A stretch of 13,232 nucleotides of DNA, taken from Salinivirgaceae bacterium. GTDB lineage: Bacteria; Bacteroidota; Bacteroidia; Bacteroidales; SZUA-534. Numbering within the stretch: the stretch's first letter is position 1; each line of letters opens with the position of its first letter. Below the pieces are notes generated by a model, which saw only the letters and a program-made list of their open reading frames with translations, was not told the DNA's origin and ran no database searches. Positions 8,167 through 13,232 of this stretch are shown here, piece by piece. The translations under genes were made by a program, and so were the position numbers. Location of the stretch: positions 1-13,232 of the forward strand of contig JAKSOL010000035.1 in the NCBI GenBank assembly GCA_024405635.1, given 5' to 3'.

Positions 8167-9957
8167 TTACTGTTTCTTATTTTCTTTTTTTGAGAATACC
8201 ACATAATACTTCAACATGCCTCCATGAGCAGTATAATATGTAATATTTTCAGTAATAGGTTTACCATTCTTATCCACTACTACATTATTTTCTCGATCTG
8301 TTTTATTGCCAATTTCTGTTCTTGTGAGATATTCATTTCTTCCAGGTATTGACCTATCATTTATCCAATCCTTTACGTAATAGTCTTTTTTCTGATCTTC
8401 AGGCAAATCTTTTCCATCATTATCTATTAGGTCGGATTTATATATCTGGTTTCCTCTTACTTCATATGTGCCACCACGGCCGCTTGACTTTGACACATCT
8501 ATTTCGTCCCATGTTAGTGTACAATTTGAGCCATTATAATAACTTGAATTTTGAATATTTGTTCCATTAGTCGACCCTTGATACGACTCACCATGGTCAG
8601 GTTTTAATTCTCTGTATGCCATAGAAGATACATTGCCATAAGGGTCATCAACAACTATATTATCATTGCTAATTGCTTGAATCCTAACAATATGTCCTTT
8701 ATTGTTATACATTGAAAGAATTACACCTTTACCTTCACTTAATGCTTTATTTATAGCATTAATTGTATTTGTATTCTTTTTTGAAGAATTTACCATAGTT
8801 ACGGTCATTTCAACTCCTAGATAATTGGCAATTTGTTCCCACAATTCAGATTTCGTCCTATCTAAAGTAAAATTCTTCTTTACCCTAACAATATCCAATA
8901 TATCCTCAAAATCCTTATCTTTTTCAGAGGTAACATCAAACCCATCTTCCACAAGTTTATTATAAACATCTTCCTTAGAAATCCCCAACATTTCAAAAGC
9001 CATTGCCACTGACGTTAAGTTACACATGCGATCAGCTTCATATTTCCTATCTTTTTCTGTTTTTACTTCTTTACTCACAGATTTATTTTTATAACTTGGA
9101 TTATTATCCCTCTGATTATGATACGGCACTTTCTTCTGAAGCTCAAGATACAATTCTCCACGTTTTGTTTCGTCTTCAACATTTGAAATGCCGTTACGGA
9201 CTATTGCTATCTGTTGTGGTGTCAGTTCATTCATTGTCATCAGATATTCCCAACTTACAAACAACCAATTTGCAAGCTCATCAGCGTATTCTTCTTCAAC
9301 AAGTATTTCGAGTGCATTAGTGCTTTCGTTTTCAGTGTAGGTTGTAAATATAAACTTAATATACGAGCCTTCCTTTTCAAATGCATAATCACACTTTTCA
9401 ACTGCACAACTGCTTTTGTTACAGTTTATTGCCACATCTTCAAAAGCATGTTTCGCAATTGCTACATCTATTGTTTTGTCTCCCAATGGGTATTTGTGAG
9501 ACTCAAAGCCTATACCTTTAGTATCAATTGTGCAGAAGTTTTCCAGTTTGGCATTAGCATTGTGAATGGTTGCCAAAATTTGGTTCACTATGGCATCATT
9601 TTCATTCATCTCCGCCCCACTCTCGTCTTGCGCCCACTTCAGCCAAACTCTTTTGGGGGCATGAACATCTTGCCACTGCCAGTGGTTGAGAGTGGTACCA
9701 CCATTGTAGTCCATCAGGTTGTCGGTGGTGGCTTCGGGGGCTAGGTAGTTGCTTTGTGCAAAGGTGTGCTCCAAATGAAATGCTCCATGAGCTATCTCGT
9801 GGGCTATGGTACGGGCATTTGTGAGTTCTTTGTAGATAAAGCCATACTGATAGCCACGAGGCATATAGCCTGATGTTACGGTGTATCCATCGGTTTCGTT
9901 TAGGGTTACGGCATCTTCTACCATAAACAGATAGACGGTCTCGGCGTTAAGGCCTAG
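8167..9957 (-). CDS. Orphan toxin cassette: duplicated Zn-metallopeptidase module plus papain-like peptidase C39-like CT
   Basis: First ~106 aa nearly identical to an internal segment of the 10891..13179 ORF. CT has VPYHNQRDN (Q271), MCNLTSVAMAFEMLG (C301), GHIVRI (H411) and DDPYG (D427), numbered from ATG 9924, the C39-like catalytic set. The frame opens after TAG at 9958-9960; ATG 9924 is an internal Met of the carrier, so independent expression is uncertain. Confidence 0.75.
   Translation of the reverse strand, partial: LGLNAETVYLFMVEDAVTLNETDGYTVTSGYMPRGYQYGFIYKELTNARTIAHEIAHGAFHLEHTFAQSNYLAPEATTDNLMDYNGGTTLNHWQWQDVHAPKRVWLKWAQDESGAEMNENDAIVNQILATIHNANAKLENFCTIDTKGIGFESHKYPLGDKTIDVAIAKHAFEDVAINCNKSSCAVEKCDYAFEKEGSYIKFIFTTYTENESTNALEILVEEEYADELANWLFVSWEYLMTMNELTPQQIAIVRNGISNVEDETKRGELYLELQKKVPYHNQRDNNPSYKNKSVSKEVKTEKDRKYEADRMCNLTSVAMAFEMLGISKEDVYNKLVEDGFDVTSEKDKDFEDILDIVRVKKNFTLDRTKSELWEQIANYLGVEMTVTMVNSSKKNTNTINAINKALSEGKGVILSMYNNKGHIVRIQAISNDNIVVDDPYGNVSSMAYRELKPDHGESYQGSTNGTNIQNSSYYNGSNCTLTWDEIDVSKSSGRGGTYEVRGNQIYKSDLIDNDGKDLPEDQKKDYYVKDWINDRSIPGRNEYLTRTEIGNKTDRENNVVVDKNGKPITENITYYTAHGGMLKYYVVFSKKENKKQ
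9606..9942. repeat. Copy B (337 bp) of the metallopeptidase-module direct repeat
   Basis: Ungapped match to 11967..12303 (offset 2361); 16 mismatches by manual count, all within 9606-9742; 9743..9942 is 200 bp of perfect identity. Confidence 0.97.
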
Positions 9958-10019
9958 CTAGATGTGGAGCTTAATAATCTCCTTGTTTGCGAGACGGGAG
10001 AACAAGCCGAACGGTAAGC

Positions 10020-10922
10020 TCACTTTTCAATTTCTGTAACATAATAGAACCATAACAATCCCCCCATTTCACAGCCAATATCATAACCCAATTTATTTAT
10101 CACAAAAGATTCAACTTGTTTTAAATACTGCGCTTGGCCGCTACTAGATGCATTCTGATTGATGAAATCTTTTACGCTTTTGTTGGAATTCAAAATCAAA
10201 GGCACTTCATCTATATCATCAGTTGACACATAGTACAGACATTCATCTTGAATGTAATTTTTAAATAAATCACAGAATATTTGTTCTTGAAAATACAAAT
10301 GTCGCAACCAGTATATCAAAAACCACTTCGAACTGTAGCATGCACATGTATATCTATCATAATAATAAACATCCTTTTTATATTCCTCTATGAGCGATTC
10401 TATTATTCGATTGTTACATGTCCGAGATAGATTTTTAACAAAATACTCTTTTTCTGAAAAAACTACTGATGCGATAAATTTTTCCACTAAGTCATTAATC
10501 GTAACGCTATCCCCTAGCATCGCATTTGCCCACAAAGGATAGTTTTTATTAGGTTTTATCGTATCATTCACCATCGTCCTTAATAAAGGATATCTATCCC
10601 ATTGGATATCATAATTCTTTGCAAACTTTTTTATTAGCTCTTGATCTCCGTAATTAACCATGGTCAACTCCAAATCATACGAGTTATTACTTGAGTCTGC
10701 TATTGATGACAATGCTAAGCAATAGACGTCATTATCAGTAATATACACACTATGATTTGATTCAAGATTGTTCCTAATCAATTTGTCAATATCACTTCCT
10801 TTCTTTTTGATAATAACATCTTGAGCCAAAATACAATAACAATTAAAAAAGAGAAACGCTATACAACATATGCGTTTTATTACAAAGTCGCTAACGAACA
10901 ATTTTATCCCATTGTTTTTCAT
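10020..10922 (-). CDS. Exported hypothetical protein; putative immunity protein of the carrier's CT
   Basis: ~300-aa AT-rich ORF overlapping the end of the upstream ORF; hydrophobic N-terminus ending KRICCIAFLFFNCYCILA|Q. Start uncertain (10931 or 10922). No recognisable domain; role inferred from position. Confidence 0.6.
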   Translation of the reverse strand: MKNNGIKLFVSDFVIKRICCIAFLFFNCYCILAQDVIIKKKGSDIDKLIRNNLESNHSVYITDNDVYCLALSSIADSSNNSYDLELTMVNYGDQELIKKFAKNYDIQWDRYPLLRTMVNDTIKPNKNYPLWANAMLGDSVTINDLVEKFIASVVFSEKEYFVKNLSRTCNNRIIESLIEEYKKDVYYYDRYTCACYSSKWFLIYWLRHLYFQEQIFCDLFKNYIQDECLYYVSTDDIDEVPLILNSNKSVKDFINQNASSSGQAQYLKQVESFVINKLGYDIGCEMGGLLWFYYVTEIEK

Positions 10923-13232
10923 AACTATCATCCTTTCTAATTTTTAACTGTCTATTTCTCAATTTGCGAGCACCAGAACTATCGTAATAAAGCATAATAT
11001 TGTCTTGATTTACAGCATCTCCTCCAAGATCTAACAATCCAAAAGGACTACGATGAAGCCTCTCATGAACAATCACCTTATTTATGTCATTTGATTTATG
11101 TTTTATAATCTGTGGCGCGGTTGATATTCCTGCAAGGTTCCTCCAAACTAAAACAGTGTCAGAATATTCCCTTAAAACAGGGGTCCCAAGATATAAAGTA
11201 TCATTTTTTACATCTATTATGGTCAGTGTTTCTGTAGAAATATCTCCAATGAAAAGCTTATTAATCTGTTTATTCCTAATCTTATCATCTTGGTGTTTAA
11301 TAATAATTACCGTATCACCAACAGATATTGACCTTTTAAGTCTATATGATCTATGAATATCTGTATTTATCACCACAATGGATTCGTTCCTGTTGTTAGA
11401 ATAGTTTCCATTATTAAGTATACGTAATAATTCAGGATTATCACCTTCGGTGTAGATATCAAGAAATCCGTTATGGTTAATATCAAATGACAATTCATTT
11501 CTTGTAACTGAGAAATCCCCTATTCTAATAACAGCTTGACTAAACATTTTTTGTATGGCATCTTTATCTATATTGTCTAGATTCTGATTAATGCCATGTA
11601 TGTACAAGTTTGTACTAACTGAATTATATGAACAAATTCTTACTTTGTTTACAATATTTCCATTAATGCTATCCGTATGTATTTGAAGCATACTTGACCT
11701 AGCATAGTTAGTAAGAGATTTTATTGTTATATCATAGCCATCATGAACGCCAATGCTATCTACAACCATTTCAAAATCATTAGACACATTGTTGCTCATA
11801 CTGAAATACAACTTCACATTAGGGAAGTGAGTAGAGACATGAAATTTCGTTTCATTCATACATTCAACAGAAACATAATTATCATCGGTATTATCCATAA
11901 AATCTAAACCGTAATTTGTTTGTTCTGTCTCTGTAATAAAAACTTTTATTGTTTCATTATCAGTTCTCATCTCCGCCCCACTCTCCTCCTGCGCCCACTT
12001 GAGCCAAACTCTTTTGGGGTCATGCACGTCTTGCCACTGCCAGTGGTTCAATGTCTCACCACCGTTGTAGTCCATCAGGTTGTCGGTGGTGCCTTCGGGA
12101 GCAAGGTAGTTGCTTTGTGCAAAGGTGTGCTCCAAATGAAATGCTCCATGAGCTATCTCGTGGGCTATGGTACGGGCATTTGTGAGTTCTTTGTAGATAA
12201 AGCCATACTGATAGCCACGAGGCATATAGCCTGATGTTACGGTGTATCCATCGGTTTCGTTTAGGGTTACGGCATCTTCTACCATAAACAGATAGACGGT
12301 CTCATTATCGGTGCCTAATTCTTCGAGCTTGGTTATGGCAGCCTTTTGGTCGGTGTTATATACACCAATCACACCACTACCACCATGAGTAAAGTTGGTG
12401 CCGTTGGTGTAGTCTATCTCAATTGCTTCACTGACAGTTACATCAAAATCCACCATCAGTTTTGCAAAAATAGCATCAAGACCTTTCTTTAAGGTTTCAG
12501 CAGAAGGAACATTGCTTTTACCGATTGGTACTAGGCATATTTTGCGTGTTACTTTATCGTAACACATCACGTTAACTTTTCCTACTAAGGTTGTGTCTTT
12601 GTAGGCATATATGGCTAATGTATCATGGTCGCCAAATCCTGTTATGCTTAGTTCTCCGTTATTGCATATCACAGGCACACCTCGTTCCGTTTTGAAGGTG
12701 ATGTTTGTATAAGGGTCGGCATTCAGTTTTACTTTGGCATAACTCTCTATGCAAGCGTAAGCAGGTCGATAGTTGCCAGCTCCTATGCTTAGGAAACGTT
12801 GTGCGTAGTTTTGTGATGCTGTATGGCTTTTGTAGGAGTCGTAAGTATCAAACAAATAATCGCCTATGCTTGTGAATGTCACATTGCCCGTTGTAGCCAT
12901 CAGGCTGTCTTTTTCAGCACTGCGTTGGGCTAATAGTGTTTTATTGCCACCAGTTTGTTTGTATTCAGTGACGCCCATTAATTGCCCTTTGCTGTCTATC
13001 ACTAGTTGCTCGCCATTGGATGATTGTACTAGTGTGCGACTTTTTGAACCAACATTTGCTGTTATGTCTTTTTCATTTCCGTCGGCATCTACTGCTATAT
13101 AATGTCCTTTTTCGTTTATGTATATGGTTGCAAAGTTGGTGCTGAGCTTGACGGTGTCGCGTATGGTGTTGTCCACCACAATAATGCTATCGGCCTGCGC
13201 AAAGGTTTGGATTGGCGCAAGGAGGAAGAGGA
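10891..13232 (-). CDS. Putative polymorphic toxin carrier (5'-partial): conserved region, metzincin-like module, and variable CT with a second HExxH motif
   Basis: Frame is open from GTG 13179 to the window edge (..LFLLAPIQTFAQADSIIVVDN). HEIAHGAFHLEH (HEIAH at 12148-12162) plus Met-turn-like DNLMDY; junction ESGAE|M at 11970; CT of ~359 aa has HERLH (11053-11067), FGLLD, DNIMLY and QW. Confidence 0.75.
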   Translation of the reverse strand, partial: LFLLAPIQTFAQADSIIVVDNTIRDTVKLSTNFATIYINEKGHYIAVDADGNEKDITANVGSKSRTLVQSSNGEQLVIDSKGQLMGVTEYKQTGGNKTLLAQRSAEKDSLMATTGNVTFTSIGDYLFDTYDSYKSHTASQNYAQRFLSIGAGNYRPAYACIESYAKVKLNADPYTNITFKTERGVPVICNNGELSITGFGDHDTLAIYAYKDTTLVGKVNVMCYDKVTRKICLVPIGKSNVPSAETLKKGLDAIFAKLMVDFDVTVSEAIEIDYTNGTNFTHGGSGVIGVYNTDQKAAITKLEELGTDNETVYLFMVEDAVTLNETDGYTVTSGYMPRGYQYGFIYKELTNARTIAHEIAHGAFHLEHTFAQSNYLAPEGTTDNLMDYNGGETLNHWQWQDVHDPKRVWLKWAQEESGAEMRTDNETIKVFITETEQTNYGLDFMDNTDDNYVSVECMNETKFHVSTHFPNVKLYFSMSNNVSNDFEMVVDSIGVHDGYDITIKSLTNYARSSMLQIHTDSINGNIVNKVRICSYNSVSTNLYIHGINQNLDNIDKDAIQKMFSQAVIRIGDFSVTRNELSFDINHNGFLDIYTEGDNPELLRILNNGNYSNNRNESIVVINTDIHRSYRLKRSISVGDTVIIIKHQDDKIRNKQINKLFIGDISTETLTIIDVKNDTLYLGTPVLREYSDTVLVWRNLAGISTAPQIIKHKSNDINKVIVHERLHRSPFGLLDLGGDAVNQDNIMLYYDSSGARKLRNRQLKIRKDDSYEKQWDKIVR
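11967..12303. repeat. Copy A (337 bp) of the metallopeptidase-module direct repeat
   Basis: Direct repeat of 9606..9942; encodes ETVYLFMVED...HEIAH...WQW...ESGAEM. Confidence 0.97.

Noticed and set aside
8151-8204. Extended N-terminus MWYSQKKKIRNSKQIIIS of the SH3b protein from the ORF track
   Set aside because: It overlaps the upstream gene and precedes a clean signal peptide beginning at ATG 8150.
9606-12303. Repeat pair as template/variable repeats of a diversity-generating retroelement
   Set aside because: Mismatches include several C/G and G/T differences and are not adenine-specific on either strand; no reverse transcriptase in the window; the repeats precede variable domains rather than lying at a C-terminal variable region.
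5947-12303. CRISPR array or insertion-sequence ends
   Set aside because: Repeats are long, protein-coding, direct and kilobases apart; no short regularly spaced repeats, terminal inverted repeats or transposase found.
13186-13194. GCTATCGGC matching the tRNA-Thr 3' end (3540-3548) as a possible att site
   Set aside because: Only 9 bp, inside an open reading frame, plausible by chance; no integrase is visible and a housekeeping synthetase lies between the two sites.

Overview
Bacteroidota-type chromosomal window (TAnnTTTG promoters, A|Q signal-peptide ends). Left part (1-5530) is housekeeping: a DUF5686/carboxypeptidase-regulatory-like outer membrane protein and lptB on the minus strand, a divergent tRNA-Thr(CGT), and an acyl-CoA synthetase ending at a bidirectional terminator. 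Right part (5530-13232, all minus strand) looks like a polymorphic toxin/immunity cassette array anchored on a zinc-metallopeptidase module. A long carrier ORF, open to the window edge, has HEIAHGAFHLEH...DNLMDY...WQW...ESGAE|M followed by a unique C-terminal (CT) domain, itself a second HExxH protease, and then a signal-peptide gene. The same module is repeated as a 337-bp ~95% identical direct repeat heading a start-less orphan cassette with a papain-like C39 CT and an exported SH3b partner gene. It recurs a third time as an 80-bp mosaic copy heading a frameshifted CT remnant. A RelB/DinJ-PIN toxin-antitoxin pair and REP-like elements lie between cassettes 2 and 3. All family assignments are by motif recognition only; no searches were run.
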